IMG/VR virus record: IMGVR_UViG_3300037541_000451
Location: 13,730-77,729 of that record
DNA from: a virus
Taxonomy: Duplodnaviria; Caudoviricetes
DNA: 64,000 nucleotides
Strand: one strand, 5' to 3'
Position numbers and translations under genes: made by a program. Each line of letters begins with the position of its first letter. Position 1 is the stretch's first letter. Shown here piece after piece: positions 37,786 through 46,330 of the stretch. The notes beneath the pieces are model-generated. The model worked only from the letters and a program-made list of their open reading frames with translations. It was not told the origin of the DNA and did no database searches.

Positions 37786-38610
37786 TCATCGAATTACCTC
37801 AATATTGGAGTAACTTCTAGGCTTAATGCCATGATATTTATAGCTACCCGACTCTGCTCCATAACGTTGAAAAGTTTCTACAGGATTCTCTTGATACTTA
37901 AGCGGAATACTATGTCCTAATATACCACCTTTCCAAGAACCTTTTTCGTATCCTGTTTCCTTGTCGTAGTCAACATATAAACGACAAATTCTAATAGGTT
38001 TGGTAAAGTACTTTAACCACCTGCACCAACTGACACCACGATGATACTTAGTCATCGTGATATAGCAAGTTGCAATTATTTTTTCACTATCGAAATCATC
38101 AAATTTAATATGAAACTTTGGTACATATTTTCGTATTAGCTCCATAGAGTCAAAATCTAAAGCTCCTTTTTGATTTAGAGGCTCTACAGTCCAATATTCG
38201 AACCATTCTGGTGTGAAATATGTTTCACCCATGAAAGTGTTATTAGACCATGGTATATAAAATACTTTAGTATGATCGGAATTCTTTTTATCCTTAGAAC
38301 TCCATGAACCCGGTTGGATACCGTAATGAAGATGTAAGTGACCTTCACTGACAGTAAATCCATACTCACGAGCGATATAATCCCAATATCCACCTTTGGG
38401 ATTTGTAGACCATACTTCTTTACTCGTATCAACCCATTTCTTTACTGGTTTAATAATCGGTGGAATTTGCCACCACCAAGAACGTTTTCCAAATTGGATA
38501 TTCAATAAACAATAGTTGGTTCTTGAGTCTTCATCTTCCCATGGAGTCCTTACGTTAAAAGCGTAAGTCTTATATGATTTTTCTTTATGATATTCTCTAA
38601 GCTTGAACAT
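37786..38610 (-). CDS. Hypothetical protein (Trp/Tyr-rich)
   Basis: 274 aa open frame. Confidence 0.7.
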   Translation of the reverse strand: MFKLREYHKEKSYKTYAFNVRTPWEDEDSRTNYCLLNIQFGKRSWWWQIPPIIKPVKKWVDTSKEVWSTNPKGGYWDYIAREYGFTVSEGHLHLHYGIQPGSWSSKDKKNSDHTKVFYIPWSNNTFMGETYFTPEWFEYWTVEPLNQKGALDFDSMELIRKYVPKFHIKFDDFDSEKIIATCYITMTKYHRGVSWCRWLKYFTKPIRICRLYVDYDKETGYEKGSWKGGILGHSIPLKYQENPVETFQRYGAESGSYKYHGIKPRSYSNIEVIR

Positions 38611-38959
38611 CTAGTAGCTCCGCAATTTGAATATTCCAAATACATATGTTTAAATAGTCTCTATAGTCTCTGAAGATATCTTTGTTTTCCATATAATATT
38701 TGTCTCGAAGAATTTCTAGCTCTGACCTAGCTGTAGCTGCATCAGTTGTAACTACTTTCTTAATTACGTCATTTAAGCAAATAACATATGCTTGTGGTTT
38801 TGGTCTTTGTAATTCTTTTAGAATTCGCCTGCATTCAATAACGGCTTTGATTTGAGCGTCATAGACAGCTTCAGGCGAACCGTGTCTGGTTGCAGTCGCT
38901 GTTAATACATCTTCCATTTGCTTAGCAAATTTTTCAACGAATTCAGCGTCAATATTCAT
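38597..38959 (-). CDS. Hypothetical protein (C-terminal domain paralogous to 41160..41504)
   Basis: YVICLNDVIKKVVT...W.I. Confidence 0.65.
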   Translation of the reverse strand: MNIDAEFVEKFAKQMEDVLTATATRHGSPEAVYDAQIKAVIECRRILKELQRPKPQAYVICLNDVIKKVVTTDAATARSELEILRDKYYMENKDIFRDYRDYLNICIWNIQIAELLDVQA

Positions 38960-38961
38960 GA

Positions 38962-39273
38962 TTAACCTTTAACTTTTGAGTTTAGCAATAAACCTTTATA
39001 ATGATCTCTTTCTTCAGATAAAGATACCACTTCTTGTTTAAGTTGTTCAAGTTCGTCTTCTTTTGATTCTACATTCTCAAATTTGAGAATATGATCTGCA
39101 ATATCTGCTGCACTTGTATACATTCCTTTGCGTTCAGATACAACAGCGAGAGCTGCCGCACTGATTAAAAGCTCTCGAATTGACACGGAGTGCGTCAATG
39201 CTTGTTTGAGATTTTTGATAAGATTAGGATGTACTACGAATGTTTTCATATTATGTGAACATTTGTTTTTCAA
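38962..39273 (-). CDS. Hypothetical protein
   Basis: C-terminal coiled coil. Confidence 0.55.
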   Translation of the reverse strand: MKNKCSHNMKTFVVHPNLIKNLKQALTHSVSIRELLISAAALAVVSERKGMYTSAADIADHILKFENVESKEDELEQLKQEVVSLSEERDHYKGLLLNSKVKG

Positions 39274-39598
39274 GTTCTTCTAGCAAATCGCTAGCCTTTT
39301 TAAAATCTCGTTGATAAATCGCTTCCCAGAGTTTATGTATAATAGGTCTGAATTCACCAAATACTTCGTAAATTATACTTTGCCTTAACTTTTCAGTAGC
39401 ATGTTCTAATTGTTCTGGATTTTCTTCTGTCGCAATAAATGAATTTTGAATTTTAAGACCTAAAAGATACCTGATAGCACTTGGTTGAAAACTTTTAGTA
39501 ACCTCAGTTGCTTCTAAGCTTGTAACAATACAAGAGTCATTTTCACAAAAACGTTCATTGATTTCAACTCTCCGCAAATTTCGACTTATTTTAGACAT
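39251..39598 (-). CDS. Hypothetical protein
   Basis: Packed, same strand. Confidence 0.6.
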   Translation of the reverse strand: MSKISRNLRRVEINERFCENDSCIVTSLEATEVTKSFQPSAIRYLLGLKIQNSFIATEENPEQLEHATEKLRQSIIYEVFGEFRPIIHKLWEAIYQRDFKKASDLLEELEKQMFT

Positions 39599-39842
39599 TT
39601 GTATTTTCCTTTAAACTATTTTCCTTTGGACTATTTTCTTCTAGACTATTTTCCTTTAAGCTATTTTCAAACCATTCACGTAAATTAGAATTCAATGTAG
39701 CAATGTTATCTTCAGAGAATTCTTGTTTACAATTGTCATAAATCATTTTATACAAATTAGTAATTCGTTTAGGATGGTCAAACCCTTGACGAACCTCGCG
39801 TTGTATAATCTTGTTTAGAAACCACTTTTCAAACTTATTCAT
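39591..39842 (-). CDS. Hypothetical protein with ENS(L/P)(K/E) repeat tail
   Basis: C-terminus encoded by a 15-bp tandem repeat. Confidence 0.6.
   Translation of the reverse strand: MNKFEKWFLNKIIQREVRQGFDHPKRITNLYKMIYDNCKQEFSEDNIATLNSNLREWFENSLKENSLEENSPKENSLKENTNV
39601..39669. repeat. 15-bp tandem repeat, ~4.6 copies (CTATTTTCCTTTAAA consensus)
   Basis: Units start at 39601, 39616, 39631, 39646, 39661. Confidence 0.85.
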
Positions 39843-40308
39843 TGGTTATTCCGAAATGCTTTTTAATTAATTCTCTTGCTTGATTAAGTCCGCCAAGATT
39901 AGAGGTAACTCCTTCACTAAATTGTAGTTCACAATCAGCATCGATAACTTTAATAGCATCTTCTATGATTAATTTAGCAAACGTGTTTGCAAATCTTTTG
40001 CTGACAAAATTAAGACCACTTCTATAAACACCACTATGCATCATTGAATTTTTAAGAGCTTCTTCAGCAAGCTCTTTAATTCGATCCGATTGTTCATCAA
40101 GGACCTCCACTCGATCTAACATATAATGTCGTTGCCTGCTGATATTACCATTATTCCACTCAATGTGAACAAAATAACCATCAATATCATCTTCTATATA
40201 GCGGGTGTCTCTATATGCTTCAGTCACTATGCCTTTGGCACCTGTACTACAGCTAATTACCTGCAAGCCTATTACCTTATCGTGCGGAACATCTGAAAGT
40301 TTGGTCAT
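39835..40308 (-). CDS. Hypothetical protein, RIKELA...FA.LI...KHFG family copy 3 (fused)
   Basis: DRIKELAEEA...FAKLIIED...KKHFGITNE. Confidence 0.65.
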   Translation of the reverse strand: MTKLSDVPHDKVIGLQVISCSTGAKGIVTEAYRDTRYIEDDIDGYFVHIEWNNGNISRQRHYMLDRVEVLDEQSDRIKELAEEALKNSMMHSGVYRSGLNFVSKRFANTFAKLIIEDAIKVIDADCELQFSEGVTSNLGGLNQARELIKKHFGITNE

Positions 40309-40602
40309 TCTTCAACTCCAAAATGTGTCTTAATCTGTTTAGCACATGCATCAATCGCACTATTGTGTGCGCTGGCATGAGTGCCCACCATACCTATAAT
40401 GTTTAGGTAACACATTAGCACATTCCCTCACAACCAGTTCCACAAGCTTTGCCTGAAAAATTTCATCGTGAACCCATGTATGCCAATCTTTTTCGGAAAC
40501 TTCTTTATCAGCCTCTTCCCAAGCCTTGCCAACAAGTTCTGCCATTCGTTCGTTCATTTCAGACTCCGAAATGTTTTTCAATATGCTCTGCCACTCTGTC
40601 AA
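40305..40602 (-). pseudogene. Same family, copy 2, frameshifted near 40410
   Basis: Restoring TG in GTG(TG)TTAC gives ELVVRECANVCYL...KQIKTHFGVEE with a stop overlapping the next ATG. Confidence 0.6.
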
Positions 40603-40786
40603 GATAATATCCCTTACCTTTCAAGTCACCAACATCGGCATCATGAATTTCATTGATACATTCCTTGACAATCAACTCTGCGAACTTTGCTGATTGTCTA
40701 GTGGGCATATCACATCCACAACCGCACATTTCTAATCCAGCCTCTACGGCAAGTTGTTTAATTCGTTTTGCTAGTTTGTTATTCAT
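40559..40786 (-). CDS. Same family, copy 1
   Basis: KRIKQLAVEAG...KFAELIVKECI...EKHFGV. Confidence 0.65.
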   Translation of the reverse strand: MNNKLAKRIKQLAVEAGLEMCGCGCDMPTRQSAKFAELIVKECINEIHDADVGDLKGKGYYLDRVAEHIEKHFGV

Positions 40787-40805
40787 CTTAAAAACCTTTT
40801 AAAGA

Positions 40806-40882
40806 TGGTCTGCCCAAAGGGACTCGAACCCCTAACCTACTCCTTAGAAGGGAGTTGCTCTATCCAATTGAGCTATGGGCAG
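40806..40882 (-). tRNA. tRNA-Arg(UCU)
   Basis: Acceptor CTGCCCA/TGGGCAG, anticodon loop CT-TCT-AA, GTTCGA, encoded CCA. Confidence 0.95.
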
Positions 40883-40897
40883 ATATATTAATTTTTA

Positions 40898-41167
40898 TTA
40901 AATTTCACGAGTATCTTTAGTTCTTGCTTTAATAAATTTTAAAATATCACCTCGATGTACTTTTCCTAAATACTGAAACTTTTTTCTACTAGGCCAGTAA
41001 TCAAGACGTCTTTCATTAAGCATTCGCGACCAATGATACTCGGTATGTTTTGTCCATTTACCATCATCGTCTTGAATAGCTTGTTCTAAGAATTTCTTTC
41101 TATCGGCATCGAACTTTTCCTTGGAGTGTTCTTTCAAGATATCCCAAATAGGATCTTTATCATTCAT
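40898..41167 (-). CDS. Hypothetical protein
   Basis: HWSR..RLDYWPSRKKFQY motif. Confidence 0.65.
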   Translation of the reverse strand: MNDKDPIWDILKEHSKEKFDADRKKFLEQAIQDDDGKWTKHTEYHWSRMLNERRLDYWPSRKKFQYLGKVHRGDILKFIKARTKDTREI

Positions 41168-41504
41168 GTACAGAAACCTCTCGAATATGCCAATTAATTA
41201 TACTCCAGTAGGATTCTAAAGATTGATACATTCCACTATATTGCTTACAATGTTCTTGGCTTAATGTTATCAAAATTTCCTGAGCATCTTCTTTACTTGT
41301 AAGAACAGCTGTCTTGACAAGATCATTAGTACAAATTAAGTATACTGTTTTAGTTTTATTCTGAGATGAAAAATTTTCAACCTTTCTTTCTAGATTGCGA
41401 ACGCGATGTTCAAGCTTGTTAAAAACAGATAAAGGAACTTTTTGTTCCATAGACTGCACATGCTCAATATATTCTTTAGTAGGAACTAAGCGAGTCATTA
41501 CCAT
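41160..41504 (-). CDS. Hypothetical protein (paralog domain of 38597..38959)
   Basis: YLICTNDLVKTAVLT...W.I. Confidence 0.65.
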   Translation of the reverse strand: MVMTRLVPTKEYIEHVQSMEQKVPLSVFNKLEHRVRNLERKVENFSSQNKTKTVYLICTNDLVKTAVLTSKEDAQEILITLSQEHCKQYSGMYQSLESYWSIINWHIREVSVHE

Positions 41505-41773
41505 TTCACCTTATCAGCCCAATATGCTGCACTCATTTTGCCCTTAGCAATGTTCTCAGCGTGGCGAGCTTTAAAAGATTCTCTACGAGCTTTGTAAGCT
41601 TCTGATTCACCTTCTTTAGGCGGTGAGCCTTTCACACCTTGAGCACCAAATCTGATAAGCTTTACTGCTTCACCTTCCTTGGCTAATACAGCATGGCTTT
41701 TTGTTGGATGATCTGGAGTTCTTTTAGGATCGTTATAACCCTCAAAAGTTTCTCCTCGATATGTGATACTCAT
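41498..41773 (-). CDS. DUF6321-like basic protein
   Basis: KLIRFGAQG...RRESFKARH...SAAYWADKVKW. Confidence 0.7.
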   Translation of the reverse strand: MSITYRGETFEGYNDPKRTPDHPTKSHAVLAKEGEAVKLIRFGAQGVKGSPPKEGESEAYKARRESFKARHAENIAKGKMSAAYWADKVKW

Positions 41774-42075
41774 AAAAACTCCTCACACTCAATTACTTTA
41801 ATACCTGCTTCTTTGATTGCTAACAAACAAATACTGCAAGGTTTCATCAACTTTAATTCAGTACGATTTTGTTTTTCAATTCTAATCTTATGAATAGGTT
41901 TACCTTTTGCACGAATTATCGCCAATATCTCTGCATGAAGATATATACGATAGTCTTGGTCTGTTTTAGACGCATGCCTTGCTTGAATAGGATGCGTTTT
42001 AGTGTATGAATTCTTAGCAATAGAAATCACTCTACCACGCTTATCGTAAGTAGTAGCTCTTATATCAGACTTCAT
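41770..42075 (-). CDS. Zn-dependent deaminase-fold protein (CDA/dCMP deaminase-like)
   Basis: LHAE...KPCSIC motif. Confidence 0.75.
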   Translation of the reverse strand: MKSDIRATTYDKRGRVISIAKNSYTKTHPIQARHASKTDQDYRIYLHAEILAIIRAKGKPIHKIRIEKQNRTELKLMKPCSICLLAIKEAGIKVIECEEFL

Positions 42076-42583
42076 TGGCTTGGTCTTTAGCGAGCTTATA
42101 AAGTTTGTTAAATCGATTTGACAGGACTCTGATATTAGTCAAAGCAACCTTTGAATTTTCTGTATCATAAAAAGCCCAACGACCTGTTTCTAATTCGAAT
42201 TCAACAGGAATTGCATTTGGTGATTTGTAATAAAAGAATTTAATTCGAAAGGTTTTGGCAAGTGTGTGATCTACAGAAATAGGGATAGAATTTACAATAT
42301 CTTGAAATTCCAAAACTGTTATCAGCTTAGAATTCCATACCACTTCATTCTTTGAATCTAGAATTTCGAAACAAACACGCAGTCTATCTTTAAAAAGTTC
42401 TTGAACTGTAGATTCTTCCGGCTTCCGTAAATTTACAATAGTCAGTTCACCCGTATTCATATCTACAGCGAACGATCGGCCAGATGTAATTACATCGTGA
42501 ACCATATCACTTTGAAATAGTTTCTTTACGGGCTTTACAATCATGAAAACACGATTGTTAATAGTCACAAACTTTCGTTCCAT
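42065..42583 (-). CDS. Hypothetical protein
   Basis: 172 aa open frame. Confidence 0.65.
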   Translation of the reverse strand: MERKFVTINNRVFMIVKPVKKLFQSDMVHDVITSGRSFAVDMNTGELTIVNLRKPEESTVQELFKDRLRVCFEILDSKNEVVWNSKLITVLEFQDIVNSIPISVDHTLAKTFRIKFFYYKSPNAIPVEFELETGRWAFYDTENSKVALTNIRVLSNRFNKLYKLAKDQANEV

Positions 42584-42618
42584 TTTAAGCTTTCTAAGAT
42601 AAAATTATTTGCGTTTAA

Positions 42619-42744
42619 AACCGTACATATAAGTCAGCTGCCTTGTACTGTTTTGATAAGTCTTGTTGGCCAGACGACTTATCCTCAATCACGACTTGGT
42701 CCTTCGTCGCGAGCTTACAAAGCAGCTGAATTATATGTACGGTT
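42619..42744 (-). ncRNA. Unassigned structured RNA candidate (126 nt)
   Basis: 23-bp closing stem with one mismatch (42619-42641/42722-42744) enclosing two internal hairpins; begins 7 nt after the tRNA-Leu CCA. Confidence 0.6.
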
Positions 42745-42751
42745 AAATAAA

Positions 42752-42840
42752 TGGTGCCCGGAGCGGGGATCGAACCCGCACGACGTTTTATTGCCGACGG
42801 ATTTTAAGTCCGTTGTGTCTACCGATTTCACCATCCGGGC
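42752..42840 (-). tRNA. tRNA-Leu(UAA)
   Basis: GCCCGGA/TCCGGGC, long variable arm, loop CT-TAA-AA, CCA. Confidence 0.95.
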
Positions 42841-42848
42841 TAAGTTAA

Positions 42849-43220
42849 TTAATCGTTAATGATATATTCTTGAAATTCTTCTGGAATTATTACATTTGAA
42901 GGTGATCCTGCAAACATCGGACCAATTTGATCCGGAGTAAAACCAGCTAAACCACAGCCAATGGGAGTTAGTTTAAATTTGAGATGACTTCTTGACTTAG
43001 CAAATTCTTTGAATTTTTCAACATGTTGCGCAATTTCGTCTAACGTTAAACTTTTATACGGCGTTGATTTCGTAGGAATAGCATAAGAAGCACCTTGAAG
43101 TCCTTCTCCAACGCCTAACTTAGCTCCATATCTTTCCAAAGCTGTTTTAGCTGATCCAGCTCCGTGAATACCTTGACGATTACTTCCAAATACAAAAATC
43201 GTATCGGTAAGTTTTTTCAT
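42849..43220 (-). CDS. Conserved phage protein (A1S_2505-like)
   Basis: IFVFGSN..GIHGAG.A...G.GEGLQG.SYAIPTK...TPIGCGLAG. Confidence 0.7.
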   Translation of the reverse strand: MKKLTDTIFVFGSNRQGIHGAGSAKTALERYGAKLGVGEGLQGASYAIPTKSTPYKSLTLDEIAQHVEKFKEFAKSRSHLKFKLTPIGCGLAGFTPDQIGPMFAGSPSNVIIPEEFQEYIIND

Positions 43221-43458
43221 TTAGGTTGTAGCTAGCTCCAACTCGAGTTTGTCAAGTGTTTCCTTAAGCTCTTCTCGCGATTTTAAGAAAAGGTCGTAAT
43301 TATGCCCCTTGAAATCAGTTGCAGCGACAGCCATTGCATCAGCTAATTCTAGGATATGTTGTTTTTCTTGTTTTAGTTGACCTGAATCCATATTATCTTC
43401 CTTTATAGCTGAGATATATCAGCCACGCGTGCTACCCATTCAGCTTATAAAGGTAAAT

Positions 43459-43650
43459 TCAGTAGTCTACTTGAAAATCATCCATATCATCTTTTAGACA
43501 ACTGTTACAAATACTATACTTATTTGTAATAGGGAGTTTAGCACCACAGACACAAATCATATTTAATTGTCTGCCGGTCTCTGAATCGTAGTCTGGGCAA
43601 CAGCCCAACTCGTGTCCGCAACAAGGAAAATCTTCACATCTAGCGGCCAT
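43459..43650 (-). CDS. Small Cys-rich hypothetical protein
   Basis: CEDFPCCGH...C.CG...C..C. Confidence 0.6.
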   Translation of the reverse strand: MAARCEDFPCCGHELGCCPDYDSETGRQLNMICVCGAKLPITNKYSICNSCLKDDMDDFQVDY

Positions 43651-43687
43651 AAGTGTCCTTAAATAAATTGTTTAAAAATCTATCATA

Positions 43688-43763
43688 TGGCTCCACGACC
43701 TGGATTCGAACCAGGGACCAACAAATTAACAGTCTGCTGCTCTACCGACTGAGCTATCGTGGA
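43688..43763 (-). tRNA. tRNA-Asn(GUU)
   Basis: TCCACGA/TCGTGGA, loop CT-GTT-AA, CCA. Confidence 0.95.
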
Positions 43764-43939
43764 ACAGTTTCTAATAGTGCGCCTACAATTGTTCTTTCAA
43801 TCTCAGCAAAAATTTTATGTTTGTTTACATTATCCTTAAGATTGTTTTCAAGTCTGAGACAAATGCATTCTGAATACATTATAGCTTTTCGATATAATAT
43901 ATAGTCTAATGTCTTAAGTTGTGAATGTAGATCTTGCAT
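43754..43939 (-). CDS. Hypothetical protein between tRNAs
   Basis: Fills the spacer; last codons overlap the tRNA-Asn 5' end. Confidence 0.4.
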   Translation of the reverse strand: MQDLHSQLKTLDYILYRKAIMYSECICLRLENNLKDNVNKHKIFAEIERTIVGALLETVPR

Positions 43940-43945
43940 AGTTAA

Positions 43946-44021
43946 TGGTGCCGCTTATCTGACTCGAACAGATGACCTACCGATTACAAATCGGTTGCTC
44001 TACCAACTGAGCTAAAGCGGC
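43946..44021 (-). tRNA. tRNA-Thr(UGU)
   Basis: GCCGCTT/AAGCGGC, loop TT-TGT-AA, CCA. Confidence 0.95.
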
Positions 44022-44228
44022 TTAATTTGTTCTCTCAATCTTCCAAAAAGTTGTATTTATAGATTCGTTAACTTCTAATGCAAGAACATAATTTTTCCAA
44101 AACCACCGATTATCCATCGTAGAACCTCTAACGGTATCTTTACAAGTCAACCAGTCCGGTGCATTAATTTCATTAAATTCCAAGATTTTGTTAGAGAAGT
44201 ATAGATGGGTTGCTTTAAATTCTTTCAT
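44022..44228 (-). CDS. Hypothetical protein
   Basis: Stop abuts the tRNA-Thr 5' end. Confidence 0.6.
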   Translation of the reverse strand: MKEFKATHLYFSNKILEFNEINAPDWLTCKDTVRGSTMDNRWFWKNYVLALEVNESINTTFWKIERTN

Positions 44229-44232
44229 ACTT

Positions 44233-44586
44233 TTAAGTCAACGAAATCCGAAGCTTCCGTTGAATTGCAGAAAGCCTTTTATAAGCATTTTGTAGCTTGT
44301 CACGCTTTGAAAAGAATCGATTTTTCTTAGTATTCGAATAGAACTTAATTGCTTCAGATCTTTCTGAATTATATTCTTCAAGATCAAGTGTCATTAAATT
44401 TAATTGTCCACGAAGCACAGTACGTAGATATTGTGCTTCTTGCTGAGTTAAACTTATTAGAACTTCTGATGATAGTTTTGACTCATTCGTTTCAGGTGAA
44501 TTACGAAAGTTGTTAGCATCAGTAAAAGTCATTTTTTCAATCCATTTATTAAACCAATCGTTTAAAGTATTCATATTAACTCCCAT
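44233..44586 (-). CDS. Hypothetical protein
   Basis: Packed, same strand. Confidence 0.55.
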   Translation of the reverse strand: MGVNMNTLNDWFNKWIEKMTFTDANNFRNSPETNESKLSSEVLISLTQQEAQYLRTVLRGQLNLMTLDLEEYNSERSEAIKFYSNTKKNRFFSKRDKLQNAYKRLSAIQRKLRISLT

Positions 44587-44776
44587 TATAAACTCTATCA
44601 GAAATATCTACACCATGAAAATCGGTATAAAACTCTTCATATCTACCTTCGCTACTGCATGAACGCCTATGTGGACAATCTACATGAGAGCATTCCCATT
44701 GAGCAGTAGTTTCAATGTTACTTTTATGGTGAGTCTTTTTCTGACATATAACACAAATAGATTTTTCAGGCTTCAT
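44576..44776 (-). CDS. Small Zn-finger-like protein
   Basis: C..C...C..VDC..R..C. Confidence 0.55.
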   Translation of the reverse strand: MKPEKSICVICQKKTHHKSNIETTAQWECSHVDCPHRRSCSSEGRYEEFYTDFHGVDISDRVYNGS

Positions 44777-44796
44777 TAAAGACTCCTGTAAAAGAA

Positions 44797-45069
44797 TTAT
44801 TTGTTAAAGCCATTTCTAAGAATTTTTCGAATGCTTTTTTGAATTTTTTCTTTTCTTTTTATTTCTTCTGTTAAATCACGCTCATATTGTCTATAGTAAT
44901 TTAGTAACTTAAAAGAATTTTGAACAGAGCTGTCATCTTTGTTTATATAGTCACATTTATGATAATAGTATTTTGCCTTATCTCTGGCGCGCTCCTTTTC
45001 AATATGGAGCTCATTTAATTGATCTTTTAAGATAGACTCGAAAAATTGCAAAGAGGAATTGTCTAGCAT
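44797..45069 (-). CDS. Hypothetical coiled-coil protein
   Basis: AGGAG SD. Confidence 0.6.
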   Translation of the reverse strand: MLDNSSLQFFESILKDQLNELHIEKERARDKAKYYYHKCDYINKDDSSVQNSFKLLNYYRQYERDLTEEIKRKEKIQKSIRKILRNGFNK

Positions 45070-45081
45070 TTTCGCTCCTAA

Positions 45082-45119
45082 TGGTAGGCCGGGTCGGATT
45101 CGAACCGACGGCTAAACGA
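45082..45119 (-). pseudogene. 3' half of a disrupted tRNA
   Basis: TCGTT-TAGCC-GTCGG TTCGAAT CCGAC-CCGGCCT-A-CCA. Confidence 0.85.
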
Positions 45120-45196
45120 TGGTGAGACCGATGGGACTCGAACCCATAACCCGCATCTTATGAGGATGACGCTCTAACCGATTGAGCTACAGTCTC
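45120..45196 (-). tRNA. tRNA with CAU anticodon (Met elongator-like; Ile2 not excluded)
   Basis: GAGACTG/CGGTCTC, loop CT-CAT-AA, CCA. Confidence 0.9.
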
Positions 45197-45202
45197 TGTC
45201 AC

Positions 45203-45679
45203 TTAACTTGAAAAATCTCTATGGATATTTCTTACAAATTCATTTCTAACCGCGACAGCTTCGTTTACAGTTTTAAATTTAGGAGTTCTATATTGCTTAC
45301 CATTCAATCCGCATTCAACATAATACAAACCGGACTTCGTTTTATAAATATTTTTGATACCAGATGATGAATTTGAAGATACCTTTCTATTTAAGTTGTT
45401 CTCAATATTTGAACACTTTCTTAAATTAGAGATCTTGTTGTTGACTCGATTTCTGTCGATATGATCAATAAGATCAAAATCGTTCAAAAATCCATATACA
45501 TAAATCCAGATTAATCGATGAGCTTGATAAAATTTATTATCAATTCTGATATGGCGGTATCCTCTTGAATTCACAGTACCTGCAATAGTACCGATTTTAG
45601 CAATACCTCTGTTTTCTTTCCATATCAAATTTTCACCATCGTAATCAAATAATTGTTTTAAATACTTTTGTGTTATCAT
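45203..45679 (-). CDS. Free-standing HNH homing endonuclease with AP2-like C-terminus
   Basis: AHRLIW...IDHIDRNRVNNKISNLR...SGIKNIY. Confidence 0.9.
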   Translation of the reverse strand: MITQKYLKQLFDYDGENLIWKENRGIAKIGTIAGTVNSRGYRHIRIDNKFYQAHRLIWIYVYGFLNDFDLIDHIDRNRVNNKISNLRKCSNIENNLNRKVSSNSSSGIKNIYKTKSGLYYVECGLNGKQYRTPKFKTVNEAVAVRNEFVRNIHRDFSS

Positions 45680-45702
45680 TTTTACTTTAAAGTAAATAGA
45701 TA

Positions 45703-45729
45703 TTACTCTAACCGCTGAGTTACCGGCCC
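45703..45729 (-). pseudogene. 5' half of the disrupted tRNA
   Basis: GGGCCGG-TA-ACTC-AGCGGTTA-GAGT; GGGCCGG pairs with CCGGCCT of the 45082-45119 fragment. Confidence 0.8.
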
Positions 45730-46092
45730 TGTGTTTTAGAAACCTATATTCTCAATATAGGCAAGTTCTATTCTGATTTTTGAATTTGCTGGAATATAAT
45801 GTTGAACAATTAATACGCTAACCAGTTGTTCTGCCTGAGACTCGCTCTTTAATATGGCAAACAACCGATTGTTTATAAATAATCTAAAACAGTTTCCCAT
45901 ATAATTACTGACCTCTATAAACTGACACTTATTTTAAGAACAGTAGCAATTGCTATAATCAAAACCATAAGAGAAAGTGTTCCTACGAGATATAAAAAAG
46001 AATCTTCAAGTGAGCCTGTAATATGATAAAAACAAAAGAAGGTGGCAACTAAAATCAATGTTACTACAATAAATTCCATTTCAATCCCTTTA

Positions 46093-46189
<97 letters not shown>

Positions 46190-46330
46190 ATAAAACTCTT
46201 AAAAAGCAGGGAGACAGGCTGCTGATTAAAAGTTTTTAAAGACAGTTTCCAGACGTGTCTAGGTCATGAGACTGACTGCAGACTGAAACAGAGGGGCATC
46301 TGCAACTTACTGCAGCAATGTCTCTATTTC

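Noticed and set aside
42653-43904. Plus-strand ORFs 42653..42859 and 43653..43904
   Set aside because: Antisense to tRNA-Leu and tRNA-Asn.
45082-45729. Intron-containing (spliceable) tRNA
   Set aside because: No room for a ribozyme core (about 20 nt before and 6 nt after the HNH ORF), and the anticodon loop is absent, so splicing could not yield a functional tRNA.
46240-46275. Hammerhead ribozyme (CUCAUGA...GAAAC on the minus strand)
   Set aside because: The invariant G of CUGA is C and stem II does not close properly.
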